Assembly: GCA_964016885.1 (NCBI GenBank)
Contig: OZ024744.1
Location: 96,162,001 to 96,226,000 of the forward strand
Length of the DNA stretch: 64,000 nt
DNA from: Eledone cirrhosa
Taxonomy: Eukaryota
Direction of reading: 5' to 3'
Numbering within the stretch: position 1 is the first letter of the stretch; every line of letters starts with the position of its first letter. A program made the translations under genes and the position numbers. Positions 26,585-41,000 of the stretch are shown piece after piece. Below the pieces are notes generated by a model. It worked only from the letters and a program-made list of their open reading frames with translations. It was not told where the DNA came from and did no database searches.

Positions 26585-28105
26585 ATGATCCAAGCACGGA
26601 TATATGATTGATTTCCTCATCACTCGTAAACGAGATCTAAGTGATGTATAGTACGTACAGTGTGTACAGTACGTGTGTTGCGTAGTGCAGAATGTGGCAC
26701 TGACCACAAATTAGTGCGAAGAAAGTTCAAGATGAGTATCCACCAAAGAATTCGTATGAGTGGAGTGAAAGCACCGAAGCACATTAATGCCACCAAACTG
26801 AGGCGAGCAGATGTGCGTGCAACCCTAACTGAAAGATTTGATGGTCTTGATTTTGATGGCACCTGGGAAAATTTTAGAGATCAAGTTTACTCAGTGGGAG
26901 CTGAGGTACTTGGCTTCAGAACCAAGAAACACCAGGACTGGTTCGATGACAACAATCCTAATATCAATCAGTTACTGAAAACCAAGCGCACTCTCTATAA
27001 AAAGCTCCTGAATTAGAATCCCGTAGCACAACCAGTGGCCAGGAAAGCCTATAAAGATCACAAGGCAACACTGCAACGCGACCTGCGCAGGATGCAAAGT
27101 GAGTGGTGGACTAAGATCTCATCGGAAATCCAACCGGCTTTAACACCAAAGATTTGAAGTCATTTTACACATTGGTACGCCAAGTCTTCGGCCCACCAAC
27201 ATCCTCAGTAACTCCTCTGAGATCTAAAGACAATGCCGATATCATCATCAAAGAGTCATAAAAAATCCTTCAGCGTTGGGAGAAACATTTACTGACCTGT
27301 TTGACAACCCATCAGCGGTTGATTTTGGAGTGATAGAGGGCCTTCCTCAATGTGAAACAGTCCACCGTATGGATCAACTTCCCTCTGCTGATGAAATAAA
27401 GCTGGCAGTGAAGCAGGTTAACTCTGGCAAGGTACCAGGTCCAGATGATATCCCAGTCGAACTGCTGAAAGTCGGTAGTGATAATGCAACTGAACCAATA
27501 AACAGCTTCATCATTGATTGCGGGAATGGAACCCCAGTTCCGCAAGACTGGATCAACAATATTCTGTTATCATTATACAAAGGCAGAAGTGAAAAATCGA
27601 TATGTGGAAATCGATACCGTGGCATCATTTTGTTGGAAGCTGTTGGCAAGGTTCTCGCAAGACCTTTGTTTAATAGACGCTGTCTGCTCTTTTATACTCC
27701 GCCGAACCTTGACGCTATTCCACTGAAACACCACTCAACAAAGACCTGGTAAAACAAAGTGTGTAGAACTAGTTCCAGACTAAAAAAAACACATGGTGGT
27801 ACATAGCGATTGAGTGTCACAGGATGACACCACCGGTCCTGTGGAAAGCACAACTTCCTTCTGTCATCTGTGCCGTTAACCATGTAGATCTACAGCTGGT
27901 CTACAAAGTCAGCTATGAAGTCTCACAGGGTGATATCACTGTCCCTTTGGAAAGCACACCTCTCTTCTTTCACATGTGTCGTAAACCATGCAGATCTACA
28001 GCTGGTCTACAAAATCATCTATCAAGTCATGGACGCAGATGGGATGACAATGAAGAATCAATAAGAGACGGCAATCGTCTGTGAAGACGCTGCAATCCTC
28101 ATACA
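26585..28105 (+). mobile_element. Decayed, internally deleted RTE LINE
   Basis: AECGTDH, KHQDWFD, KVPGPDDIP, YRGI, C-terminal C..C..AGLQNH...H; ends in (ATGT)n. Confidence 0.85.
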
Positions 28106-28190
28106 TGTATGTATGTATGTATGTATGTATGTATGTATGTATGTATGTATGTATGTATGTATGTATGTATGTATGTATGTATGTATGTAT

Positions 28191-29604
28191 GTTCTTCTGG
28201 CTTTATAATTTCACAAAGTTTTACCAATAGAGAGATAGAGAGAGTCGGTTTCTAACATAGACACAAGACTCTCTCATTGGAATTTACACAACATCAACTA
28301 GGTAGATATGTATGTATGTCTGCATGTGTAGATATGGATGTTATTGTATGTGTGGATGTGCATGTTTTGAGTTGTATGTGTACATGTGTATATGCTTTGT
28401 ATCTGTACATGTGTATATTCAGTTATTAGATGCAAAATTTTTGGAATGTTTTACATATTTTTACTGTTCCATTAATGGATTGTACTTGTAATTTCCTAAC
28501 TAGTTGTGTTCTTTCTCTTCCTCTGAAGCATAGCTTCTCAAGATTTGTATTGAGGCAGTTACTAACATACCCCAGTGCCCCAATAATTACAGGCATAAAT
28601 CTGGCAGCTAATTTCCACTACTGTGTATGCTTTCTTCTCCCTGTCCCATATCATAATATCTGGTCTGTTATGCTGCATTTTATTGAGGTTTTTACTGGAA
28701 CATTCCACCAGTACTCTTTCATATTATGTACATGGATGTTTTCCACATTGTTGTAGCTTTTAATGTGTTTATTATCAGGGCTATCTTTTTACGAACTGCA
28801 TTGTACAGTGTTTTGGCCACTACATCATGCCTCATAGGTAGGTAGTACCGCGATGACATCTTTGGACAGCTGCTGATGACATGGGTGATATCCTCGATGT
28901 TAGTTCTGCAGAGTCTTTACTTGTTATCACATCTAGGTGTTTTGCCTGCATCCCTATCTCATTTATGAATCAGGTATTTCGTGCTAATCCCCTGTTCCTG
29001 GATTGCAAACGTGTATCCTTCAAAGTGGGAGCCAATATAGCGGTTGTTGGTCCAAGATAGACTACTTTCCTTATCTATATTACTCTCACTCTGGAGCTTC
29101 CTGGCAACATATCCATGCATGATGTCTTGCTGATAGGTATGCAGTTTTTCATCCATGGAATCACTGCGATACTGCTGAGCGACTTCCCTGGGTGTGAGTT
29201 TTTGATTATCACACAGGGAATATCTTTCAAGGAGTTTCTTCCCAACTCTCATGATCTTATCTGTTTCATGCAGATAGACTTGCTCGAGAAACGGGCTCCT
29301 ACGCTTCGAGGTTCGTAGATGTTGTCGGAGAGCGACATTCAAATGGTGTCTGGACTGATGTTAGGCCTCCCTGCCTCTCTGCTTACGTTTCAAGTAAAGT
29401 CGGTCTATGTCACTGTTGATGTGGAAGTTTCCGGTGTTGTTCAGTATTTTTCGAGTTCCAACATCAACTGCTCGGATTTCGTCTATCGTCCAATTGAGTA
29501 CTCCAAACGTTGGTGTTAGGACAGGCACAGCAAACACATTGTGAGACACTGTTTTGTTTTGTGCAGAGAGTTCCGATAACGAAATCTTTCTTAATCGGGT
29601 GTAG

Positions 29605-29606
<2 letters not shown>
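28191..29606 (-). mobile_element. 5'-truncated RLE LINE, (CATA)n-associated family 1
   Basis: IQEQ, HVISSC, RHD, HNRPDIMIWD, GTVKICKTFQKFCI stop (~28426); long (CATA)n directly at both ends. Confidence 0.9.
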
Positions 29607-29636
<30 letters not shown>

Positions 29637-29693
29637 TGTATGTATGTATGTATGTATGTATGTATGTATGTATGTATGTATGTATGTATGTAT

Positions 29694-30060
29694 GGAGAAG
29701 GAAACTCTGATATAACACCTGCAACCCTGATGGTATCCAATGATGTTGACTTGTTCTTCTTTTTGGTAAATATCATCTTGGTTAAGAGAGTGGGACTGGC
29801 TTTGTACAGTGCCTTTGCTCACTATAAAAGCTTCACGGCACAGGCATTACTTTATATCTGGAGATCTCTCTGCACTTGTCGTCACATGGTACCATGGGCC
29901 CAGCACTATGTGTCAATAATTGTCACAAGTGTAGTGTCTGTACCAGAGTTTTCAAGTCACTGGCTGGACTGAAAAGTCACACTCGTTCAGCGCATCGGTA
30001 GGGGTTCTCCTACATGGATATAAATTAGTGGCCGTACTCGAAAACGAGTTGGCAGCCACC
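29694..30060 (+). mobile_element. RTE-related family A copy, 5'-truncated
   Basis: Matches the 3' part of 8190-8797. Confidence 0.8.
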
Positions 30061-30154
30061 ATGTATGTATGTATGTATGTATGTATGTATGTATGTATGT
30101 ATGTATGTATGTATGTATGTATGTATGTATGTATGTATGTATGTATGTATGTAT

Positions 30155-30755
30155 GTCAGGTCACCAGTTGGTGCTACTGGTAACATGTATCCCAGTACAA
30201 CCTGTCTCATGGTCGGGTCGTTGGCGACTAAACTGGCAACCCCACCAAGGTTTCTTGGTGAGGAGGGTGACTTTGGACATCCTGCAGGACTAAAAACAAA
30301 ACCTGTCAAAGGGCACAGGAGCTCTTAAGAGTCAATGGCCATCCAAAATCACTGGGAGAGATGACCCCTTAGCCTTTGTCAAGGCAGAATTCTAGAAGGA
30401 AAAATCTGATATAACACCTGCAACCCTGATGGTGTCCAATGATGTTGACTTGTTCTTCTTTTTGGTAAATATCATCTTGGTTAAGAGAGTGGGACTGGCT
30501 TTGTGCAGCGCCTTTACTCACTATAAAAGCTTCACGGCACAGGCATTGCTTTATATCTGGAGATCTCTCTTCACTTGTCGTCACATGGTACCATGGGCCC
30601 AGCACTGTCAATAATTGTCACAGGTGTAGTGTTTGTACCAGAGTTGTCAAGTCGCTGGCTGGACTAAAAAGTCACACTCGTTCAGCGCATCGGTAGGGGT
30701 TCTCCTACATGGATATAAAGTAGTGGCCGTACTCGAAAACGAGTTGGCAGCCACC
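30155..30755 (+). mobile_element. RTE-related family A copy
   Basis: Near-identical to 8190-8797. Confidence 0.8.
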
Positions 30756-30887
30756 ATGTATGTATAGACCCGTAACTCCATATGGAGCCGTTGGGTCGTG
30801 ATAAACCAGCTAATTTCTTCCAGTGAAGCAAAAGAAGAAAAAGAGTGAAAGAGAGAGGAAGGGAAAGAGAGGATGTAAAAGAGAGAA

Positions 30888-30969
<82 letters not shown>

Positions 30970-31046
30970 CGAAGGAATTGTGGTAAGGAACCAGATGGAC
31001 CATAACGCACCAAAGTACTCAATACTTAGGGTAGTAGAGTGGGTAA

Positions 31047-31262
<216 letters not shown>

Positions 31263-31387
31263 CAGAGGAACCGAGAAAAAGATATAAAGGAAGAATTGAT
31301 TGGTATTTTTTCATCAATCTTGGAAAGGAAAGATCGAATGCTTTGCAGCTTTGCAGCTTTGCAATGCTTGTTCTGGCTTTCTGTTTT

Positions 31388-31476
31388 CTGAGTTGAGTTG
31401 ACATGCCGCCGGAAGTCAACTTTACCTTTCATCCTTTCGAGGTTGATAAATAAAGTACCAGTCTAATACTGGGGTG
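31388..31476 (+). mobile_element. SINE fragment
   Basis: GTCAACTTTACCTTTCATCCTTTCGAGGTTGATAAATAAAGTACCAG core. Confidence 0.7.
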
Positions 31477-32488
31477 AAATCTTCTTCTATGTCACTTTCT
31501 CACACTTCTCTATCACACATTCTTTCTCTCACTAGAACAAATCAGCTTGGAAAGTGACGGGCTCGGTCAGGGTTAAATTCACAAGACACTACGACATATG
31601 GCTGTATATCACTACGGCGCTCCTACGACCCCATCACGAGTTAAGTGTTCATGGATGATTAAGTTATAGATTTAATAAGTATTAAGCCTGTAATTGATTT
31701 TTTATAGGTCCTGGATTATTCCATTTCGTTAAATTTTACAACCCACCGGTTATTAGAGATCTCAGACTTTTTCCGACATAAATTTAATAATTTCCTGATA
31801 TTTATTTTTATTTTTTGGCGTGTGTCCAGAATGTTTTTGTTATTAACCTCGTTTAAATTGTTATTTTTTTTTTATATAGTTGTTCTTATTTACTAACTAT
31901 AATACTAATATTTGTCATTAAGGCCGAATATTTTCGCTATTGTTCTTGTTATTACTGTAGTCACTTCAGCTGTCCTCGTTCTACGCATAGTTGTTACTAT
32001 TGCAGTTAGTGTTGCTTTTGTTTGAAAGATCATTGTGTGGAAGAGAGAGCTTGTCTATTTCTAGTTACGATCGATATTTCTAGAAAGACCATCAGGGTGG
32101 CGATCTGGTCTTGAGAAATGGCGAAACGTTGAAATGGTGATATATAACACTAATGATCGTAAAGCTATCTCAGCATGTGTTATTTCTCATGAGGATTGTT
32201 GCAGTTTAAACTCAGATTAACACGTTAAACTTCCCTATGATCATCACAAAAGAGATTTTTACTGAAGCGAACATATAAAAAATGCATAAACGCTTGTATA
32301 TACACACCTAGACACGCGCACATACGCAAGCGGTCATAGAAACGTACATATAGATTTTTACTGCCATGTTTGAAGCTTTAAAAACATGTAACCTAATATA
32401 GCGTCGACGGTTGATGAAATCATGTAAATGGATATCAGTCCCAGGGGGGAGTAAAATGCTATATAGCAGAATTATAAAATTTAAATAT

Positions 32489-32603
<115 letters not shown>

Positions 32604-32920
32604 TGAAAATGTAATAAACCATCTTAACAAACAGAGAAGCGTGAATATAAATAATAATAATAATGATAATAATAATAATAATAACAACAACAACAACAAC
32701 AATAACAACAATGATAATGATAGTAACAACAACAACAATAATAATAATAATAATAATAACGATAGTAATAATTATATTAATAAAAATAGTGAAAGGTATT
32801 GAAAACCAAAAAAAAAGACAAAAAAGAGCCCCCCCAAAAAAGAAAAAAAAAACATAAAAAGAAAAAAAGATAAAAAAGAAAAAAAGAAAAAAAAAGAAAA
32901 AAAAAGAAATGTATGTCGTT

Positions 32921-32951
<31 letters not shown>

Positions 32952-33086
32952 CTGTTGCTGTTGTTGTTGGTGTTGTTGTTGGTGTTGTTGTTTAGGCTGG
33001 AGCGTATTAGGATATGGAATTATGAGCAGAAACATATAGCAGCTTTAATATGAATTTGCAAGCTATGACATGTATTTTACAAACAC

Positions 33087-33133
33087 GTGTGTGTCTGTGT
33101 GGCTGTGGTTGTGTGTGTCTGTGTGGTGAGTGG

Positions 33134-33171
<38 letters not shown>

Positions 33172-33286
33172 CTGTGTGTGTGGCTGTGAGGCAGTGTGTG
33201 TGTGTGGCTGTGTCTGTGTGGTTGTGTCTGTGTGAATGTGTGTGTGGCTGTGAGGCAGTGTGTCTGTGTGTCTGTGTGGTGAGTGG

Positions 33287-33324
<38 letters not shown>

Positions 33325-35217
33325 CTGTGTGTGTGGCTGTGAAGCAGTGTGTCTGTGTGTGTGTGTGGCTGTGTCTGTGTGGTTGTGTCTGTGTGAATGT
33401 GTGGCTGTGTGGCAGTGTGTCTGTGTGATGAGTGGTTGTGTGTGTGTGTGTGTGTGTGTGCGTGTGGCTGTGAAGCTGTGTGGCTGTGTGGCTGTGTGGT
33501 TGTGTGTGTGTGCGTGTGTGTGTGTGTGTAGCTGTGTGGCTGTGTGTCTGTGTAGCTGTGTGGCTGTGTGTGTGTGGCTGTGTGTCTGTGTAGCTGTGTG
33601 GCTGTATGTGTGTGTGTGGCTGTGTGTCTGTGTAGCTGTGTGTGTGTGTGGTTGCACGTGTGTGTATGTGTGGCTGTGTGGCTGTGTGTGTGTGTGTGGC
33701 TGTGTGTCTGTGTAGCTGTGTGTGTGTGTGGTTGCACGTGTGTGTATGTGTGGCTGTGTGGCTGTGAGGCTGTGTCTGTGTGGTTGTGTCTGTGTCTGTG
33801 TCTATGTGTGTGTGTGTGTGTGTGTGGTTGTGTGTGTGTGTGTGTGGCTGTGTCTGTGTGGTTGTGTCTGTGTGTATGTGTGGCTGTGTGGCTGTGTGTC
33901 TGTGTGTGGGTGTGTGTGTGTGTATGGGTGGATGTGTGGTTGTGTGTGTGCGTGTGTGTGTGTAGCTGTCTGTGTGCATGTGTGTCTGGCTGTGTGTCTG
34001 TGTATGTGAGGCAGTGTGTGTGTGTGTGTGTATGTATGGCTGTGTGTGTGTATGTGTGGCTGTGTGTGTGTGTATGCGTGGCTGTGTGTGTGTGTACGTA
34101 TGGCTGTGTGTGTGTATGTGTGTGTGTTTGTGGCTGTGTGATTGTGTGTATGTGTATGTGTGGGTTGTGTCTGTGTGGTTGCGTGTGTGTGTGTGGGTGT
34201 GCGTGTGTGGCTGTGTGTCTATGTGGCCGTGTGGCTGCGTGTGTGACTGTGTGGCTGTGTGTCTGTGTGTGTGGCTGTGTGTCTGTGGCAGTGTGTCTGT
34301 GTCTGTGTGGCTGTGTGGCCGTGAGTCTGCGTGTATCTGTGTGGCCGTGTGTCTGTGTGTGTGCTAGTGTGTGTGTGTTTGTGGCAGTGTGTCTGCATCT
34401 GCGTAGCCGTGTGTCTGTGGTCGTGTGAATGTGTGTCTGTGTGTCTCTGTGTCTGTGTGTGTCTGTGTGTGTCTGAGTGTGTCTGAGTGTGTCTGAGTGT
34501 GTCTGTGTGTCTGTGTGTGTCTGCGTATCTGTGTGGCTGTGTGTCTGTGTGTGTCTGAGTGTCTGTGTGTCTGTGCGTGTCTGCGTATGTGTGTCTGAGT
34601 GTCTGTGTGTCTGACTGTCTGTGTGTGTCTGAGTGTCTGTGTGTCTGTGTGTGCCTGTGTGTCTGGTGTTTCTGTGTGTCTGGTGTTTCTGTGTGTCTGT
34701 GTGTGTCTGTGTGTCTGGTGTTTCTGTGTGTCTGTGTGTGTCTGTGTGTCTGTGTGTGTCTGTGTGTCTGGTGTTTCTGTGTGTCTGGTGTTTCTGTGTG
34801 TCTGTGTGTGTCTGTGTGTCTGGTGTTTCTGTGTGTCTGGTGTTTCTGTGTGTCTGTGTGTGTCTGTGTGTCTGGTGTTTCTGTGTGTCTGTGTGTGTCT
34901 GTGTGTCTGGTGTTTCTGTGTGTCTGTGTGTGTCTATGTGTGTCTGTGTGTCTGTGTGTCTGTGTGTCTGGGTCTGTGTCTGTGTGTCTGAATGTCTGTG
35001 TGTCTGAATGTCTGTGTGTCCGTGTGCCCGTGTGTCTGTATATCTGTGTGTCTGTGTGTCTGTGTGTCTGAGTGTCTGTGTGTCTGTGTGGTTGTGTGTC
35101 TGTGTGTGTCTGTGTGGCTGTATGATTGCGTGTGGCTATGTGTGTGTGTGTGTGTGGCTGTGCGTCTGCGTGTCTGTGTGTGGCTGTGTGGCTGTGTGGC
35201 TGTATGATTGCGTGTGG

Positions 35218-35261
<44 letters not shown>

Positions 35262-35388
35262 ATGTGTCTGTGTGTGGCTGTGTGGCTGTGTGGCTGTGTG
35301 ATTGCGTGTGGCTGTGTGTGTGTGTGTGTGTGTGTGCATATGTCTGTGTGTGGCTGTGTGGCTGTGTGATTGCGTGTGGCTATGTGTG

Positions 35389-35425
<37 letters not shown>

Positions 35426-35465
35426 ATGTCTGTGTGTGGCTGTGTGGCTGTGTGATTGCGTGTGG

Positions 35466-35521
<56 letters not shown>

Positions 35522-35530
35522 GTGTGTGTG
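33087..35530. repeat. Complex (TG)n-derived minisatellite (TGTGTGGC, TGTGTC, TGGTGTTTC variants)
   Basis: Direct reading. Confidence 0.95.
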
Positions 35531-37671
35531 GGAGCAACACAATGTGAGCAGGTTCTACAAAATGACCGATGTCTATGATATCAGTTTACCTGCTGCCATA
35601 GTATAATGGAGACGAACCGGTGGGGGGGATTTGGGTTTTATGTAAAAAGGTAATACGAATATTTTAGTAAGGGAGTATTTTAGTTAAGAACTATTTAGTA
35701 TTAGTAACGGACTATTTTAGTTAGGGACTATTTAGTAGGGAATATTTAGTAAAAGTAAGGGATTATTTAGTATTAGTAAGGGACTATTTAGTAAAAGTAA
35801 AGGACTACTTAGAATTAGTAAGGGAGTATATAGTATTAGTAAGGGACTATTTTAGTAAAAGTAAGGGACTATTTAGTATTAGTAAGAGCCTATTTTAGTA
35901 AAAGGGACTATTTAGTAAAAGTAAGGCATTATTTAGTATTAGTAAGAGACTATTTTAATAAAAGGGACTATTTAGTATTCGTAAGTGAGTATTTAGTATT
36001 AGTAAGGGACGATTGAGTATTAGTAAGGGAGTATTTAGTATTAGTAAATGACAATTTAGTAAAAGTAAGGGACTATTTAGTAAAAGTAAGTGACTATTTA
36101 GTATTAGTAAGGGAATATTTAGTATTAGTAATGGACTATTTAGTAAAAGTAAGGGACAATTTAGTATAGGTAAGGGACTATTTTGTAATAGTAAGGGACT
36201 ATTTAGTATTAGTAAGGGAGTATTTAGTAAAAGTAAGGGACTATTTAGTATTAGTAAGGGACAATTTAGTATTAGTAATGGACTATTTAGTAAAAGTAAG
36301 GAAATATTTAGTATGAGAAAGGGACTATTTAGTATTAGTAAGGGAATATTTATTATTAGTAAGGACTATTTAGTTTTAGTAAGGGACTACTTTAGTATTA
36401 ATAAGGGACTATTTTATTAAAAGGAACTACTTAGTATTAGTAAGGGACTATTTAGTATTAGTAAGGGACTATTTAGTATTAGTAAGGGACTATTTTGGTT
36501 TTAGTAAGGGACTATTTAGTATTATTAAGGGACAATTTAGTATTAGTAAGGGACTATTTAGTATTATTAAGGGACAATTTAGTATTAGTAAGGGACTATT
36601 TAGTAAAAGTAAGGAACTATTTAGTATTAGTAACGGACTATTTAGTATTAGTAAGGGACTATTTAGTATTATTAAGTGACTATTTAGTATAAGTAAGGGA
36701 CTATTTAGTATTAATAAGGCACTATTTTAGTAAAAGGGACTATTTAGTATTAGTAAGGCCGTATTTATTATGAGTAAATGACGATTTAGTAAAAGTAAGG
36801 GACTATTTAGTATTAACATGGGACTATTTTAGTAAAGGGACTATTTACTATTAGTAAGGGTTTACTTCGTATTAGTAAGGAACGATTTATTAAAAGTAAG
36901 GGACTAGTTAGTGTTAGTATGTGACTATTTAGTAAAAGTAAGGGACTATTTAGTATTAGTAAGGAACTATTTTAGTATTATTAAGTGACTATTTTAGGAT
37001 TAGTAAGGGACAATTTAGTATTCGTAAGGGACTATTTAGTATTCGTAAGGGACTATTTTATTAAGGGACGATTTAGTAAAAGTAAGGGACTATTTAGTAT
37101 TAGTAACTGACTATTTATTAAAAGTAAGGGACTATTTAGTATTAGTAAGGAACTATTTAGGTTAAAGGGTCTTTTTAGTATTAGTAAGGGAGTATTTAGT
37201 ATTAGTAAGGAACTATTTAGGTTAAAGGGTCTATTTAGTATTAGTAAGGGAGTATTTAGTATTAGTAAGGGACTATTTAGTATTAGTAAGGGAGTATTTA
37301 GTATTAGTAAACGGCTATTTAGTAAAAGTCAGGGACCATTTAGTATTAGTAAAAGACTATTTTAGTAAAAGGGACTATTTAGTATTAGTGTAGTGACCTA
37401 CATTCCGCGGGCTCACATACATTCTCTGTGCGTGATTTGGATCAGCTCAGCCAATCAACGCCAGTAGAAAAGGATGTATCCCTACGCGTCCTGAGGGAGA
37501 AATTACCCGCGAAGATTTGAAGAATCTCTCTCTCGCACCAGGAACTTCGAACCAGCAACACGTACATGTGAAGGTGAGATTTCGCACCTTAGCCTGCCGG
37601 CTTTCCGGCGCAATGGTACATTACCTTTTGTAACCTCATTTTATGTGTAACTTCGACCATACCAAGTTAAC

Positions 37672-37808
37672 CATACGTCCCTTTACGATCTGAGTTCAAA
37701 TCCCGCCGAGGTTGACTTTGCCTTTCATCCTTACGGGGTCGATAAAATAAAGTACCAGTAATGCATTGGGTAATTGCTGGCCTTGTGCCTAAAGTAGAAA
37801 CAATTATT
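37672..37808 (+). mobile_element. tRNA-derived SINE, 5'-truncated
   Basis: GAGTTCAAATCCC box B, core and ATT tail. Confidence 0.85.
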
Positions 37809-37887
37809 TGTGCTACAACAAAAATAAACATACATTTCATCTTTAATTTCTGCTGTTGACGTCATTATTATGTTACTCGTGTCTCAA

Positions 37888-38016
37888 TACGATCTGAGTT
37901 CAATTCCCGTCGAGGTTAACTTTGCCTTTCATCCTTACGGGGTCGATAAAATAAAGTACCAGTAATGTACTGGGATAAGTGCTGGCCTTGTGCCAAAAAG
38001 TAGAAACAATTATTAT
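37888..38016 (+). mobile_element. tRNA-derived SINE, 5'-truncated
   Basis: Same features as 37672-37808. Confidence 0.85.
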
Positions 38017-41000
38017 ACTATGCTGCTAAATTAGTAAGAGAGTATTTAGTATTAGTAAGGGACGATTTAGTATATAAGGGAGTAATTAGTATTAGTAAAG
38101 TATTATTTATTAAAAGTAATAGACTATTTAGTTTTAGTAAGGCAGTAATTAGTATTAGTAAAGCATTATTTATTAAAAGTAAGGGACTATTTAGTGTTAG
38201 TAAGGGACTATTTTAGTATTAGTAAGGGGCTATTCAGTATTAGTAAGGCACTATCTTAGTAAGGGACGATTTAGTAAAAGTAAGGGACTATTTATTATTA
38301 GTAAGGGACTATTTAGTATTACCAAGGGACTATTTAGTAAAGGTAAGGGACTATTTTAGTAAAAGGAACTATTTAGTATTAGTTTGGGACTATTTAGTAT
38401 TAGTAAGGGACTATTTAGTAAAAGCAAGGGACTATTTAGTATTAATAAGGACTATTTTAGTAAAAGGGACTATTTAGTATTAGTAAGTGACTATTTACTA
38501 AAAGTAAGGGACTATTTAGTATTAGTAATGTACTATTTAGTAAAAGTAAGGAACTATTTAGTATTAGTAAGGGACGATTGAGTATTAGTAAGGGAGTATT
38601 TAGTATTAGTAAAGGACTATTTTGTAAAAGTAAGGGACTATTTAGTATTAGTAATAGAATATTAGTAAAAGTAAATGACTATTTAGTATTAGTAAAGGAC
38701 TATTCAGTAAACGTAAGGGACTATTTAGTATTTGTAAGCGACTATTTAGTATTAGTAAGGGAGTATTTAGTATTAGTAATGGACTATTTAGTATTAGTAA
38801 GGTCATATTAATATTAGTAAATGACCATTTAGTAAAAGTAAGGGACTATTTAGTAAAAGTAAGGGAATATTTAGTATTAGTAAGGGCCTATTTTAGTAAA
38901 AGGGTCTATTTAGTATTAGAAAGGGAATATTTATTATTAGTAAGGGACTACTTAGTTTTAGTAAAGGACTACTTTAGTATTAATAAGGGACTATTTTATT
39001 AAAAGGAACTACTTAGTATTAGTAAGGGACTATTTAGTATTAGTAAGGCACTATTTTGGTTTTAGTAAGGGACTATTTAGTATTATTAAGGGACAATTTA
39101 GTATTAGTAAGGGCCTATTTAGTAAAAGTAAGGAACTATTTAGTATTAGTAACGGACTATTTAGTATTAGTAAGGGACTATTTAGTATTAGTAAGTGACT
39201 ATTTAGTAAAAGTAAGCGACTATTTAGTATTAGTAAGGGAGTATTTAGTATTAGTAAGGGACTATTTAGTATTAGTAAGGGACTATTTAGTATTAGTAAG
39301 GGCGTATTTAGTATTAGTAAATGACCATTTAGTAAAAGTAAGGGACTATTTAGTATTAGCAAGGGACTATTTTAGTAAAGGGACTATTTACTATCAGTAA
39401 GGGTTTACTTCATATTAGTAAGGAACGATTTATTAAAAGTAAGGGACTAGTTAGTGTTAGTATGTGACTATTTAGTAAAAGTAAGGGACTATTTAGTATT
39501 AGTAAGGAACTATTTAGTATTAGTAAGGGACTATTTTAGGATTAGTAAGGGACAATTTAGTATTCGTAAGGGACTATTTAGTATTCGTAAGGGACTATTG
39601 AGTATTAGTAAGGGACTATTTAGTATTAGTAAATGACTATTTAGTAAAAGTAAGGAACTATTGAGTATTAGTAAGGACTATTTAGTATTAGTAAGGGACT
39701 ATTTAGTATTAATAACGTACTATTTTATGAAGGGACGATTTAGTAAAAGTAAGGGTCTATTAATATTAGTAAGTGACGATTTATTAAAAGTAAGGGACTA
39801 CTTAGTGTTAGTATGGGACTATTTAGTAAAAGTAAGGGACTATTTAGTTAGTATTAGTAAGGGACTATTTTGGTTTTAGTAAGGGACTATTTAGTATTAG
39901 TAAGGGAAAATTTAGTATTAGTAAGGGACTATTTAGTAAAAGTAAGGAACTATTGAGTATTAGTAAGGGACTATTTAGTATTAGTAAATGACTATTTAGT
40001 AAAAGTAAGGAACTATTGAGTATTAGTAAGGACTATTTAGTATTAGTAAGGGACTATTTAGTATTAATAACGTACTATTTTAGTAAAAGGGACTATTTAG
40101 TATTATTAAAGGGGTATTTAGTATTAGTAAAGGACTATTTAGTATTAGTAAGGGAGTATTTAGTATTAGTAAGGGCGTATTTAGTATTAGTAAATCACCA
40201 TTTAGTAAAAGTAAGGGACTATTTAGTATTAGCAAGGGACTATTTTAGTAAAAGGCACTATTTAGTATTAGTAAGGGGTTACTTAGTATTAGTAAGGGAC
40301 TATTTAGTGTTAGTATGGGACTACTTAGTAAAAGTAACAGACTGTTTAGTATTAGTAAGGAACTATTTTAGTATTAGTAAGAGACTATTTAGTAAACGTA
40401 AGGGACTATTTAGTAAATGTAAGGGACTATTTAGTATTAGCAAAGGACTATATATTATTAGTAAGGGACTATTTAGTAAACGTAAGGGACTATTTAGTAA
40501 ATGTAAGGGACTATTTAGTATTAGCAAGGGACTAGATAGTATTAGTAAGGGACGATTAGGTATTAGCAAGGGAGTATTTAGTATACATAAGGAACTATAT
40601 TGGTATTAATAAGGGACTATTTAGTATTAGTAAGGGACTATTTAGTATTAGTAAGTGACTATTTATTAAAAGTAAGCGACCACTTAGTATTAGTAAGGGA
40701 GTATTTAGTATTAGTAAGGGACTATTTAGTATTAGTAAAGGACTATTTAGTATTAGTAAGAGACTATTTAGTATTAGTAAGGGCGTATTTAGTATTAGTA
40801 AATGACCATTTAGTAAAAGTAAGGGACTATTTAGTATTAGCAAGGGACTATTTTAATAAAAGAAACTATTTCTATTAGTAAGGGATTACTTAGTATTAGT
40901 AAGGGAAGATTTATTAAAAGTAAGGGACTAATTAGTGTTAGTATGGGACTATTTAATATTTGTAAGGGACTATTTTCTTAATGGACTATTTAGTAAAAGT

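Larger units (their letters stand above)
37389..38029 (+). mobile_element. Probable solo LTR with two nested SINEs
   Basis: Starts TGTAG and ends GCTGCTAA (decayed ..CTACA); ATTAG duplicated at 37384-37388 and 38030-38034; CCAAT and AATAAA inside. Confidence 0.55.

Noticed and set aside
32060-32140. Hairpin with GAAACGTT as a possible hammerhead
   Set aside because: No correctly placed CUGANGA on either strand.
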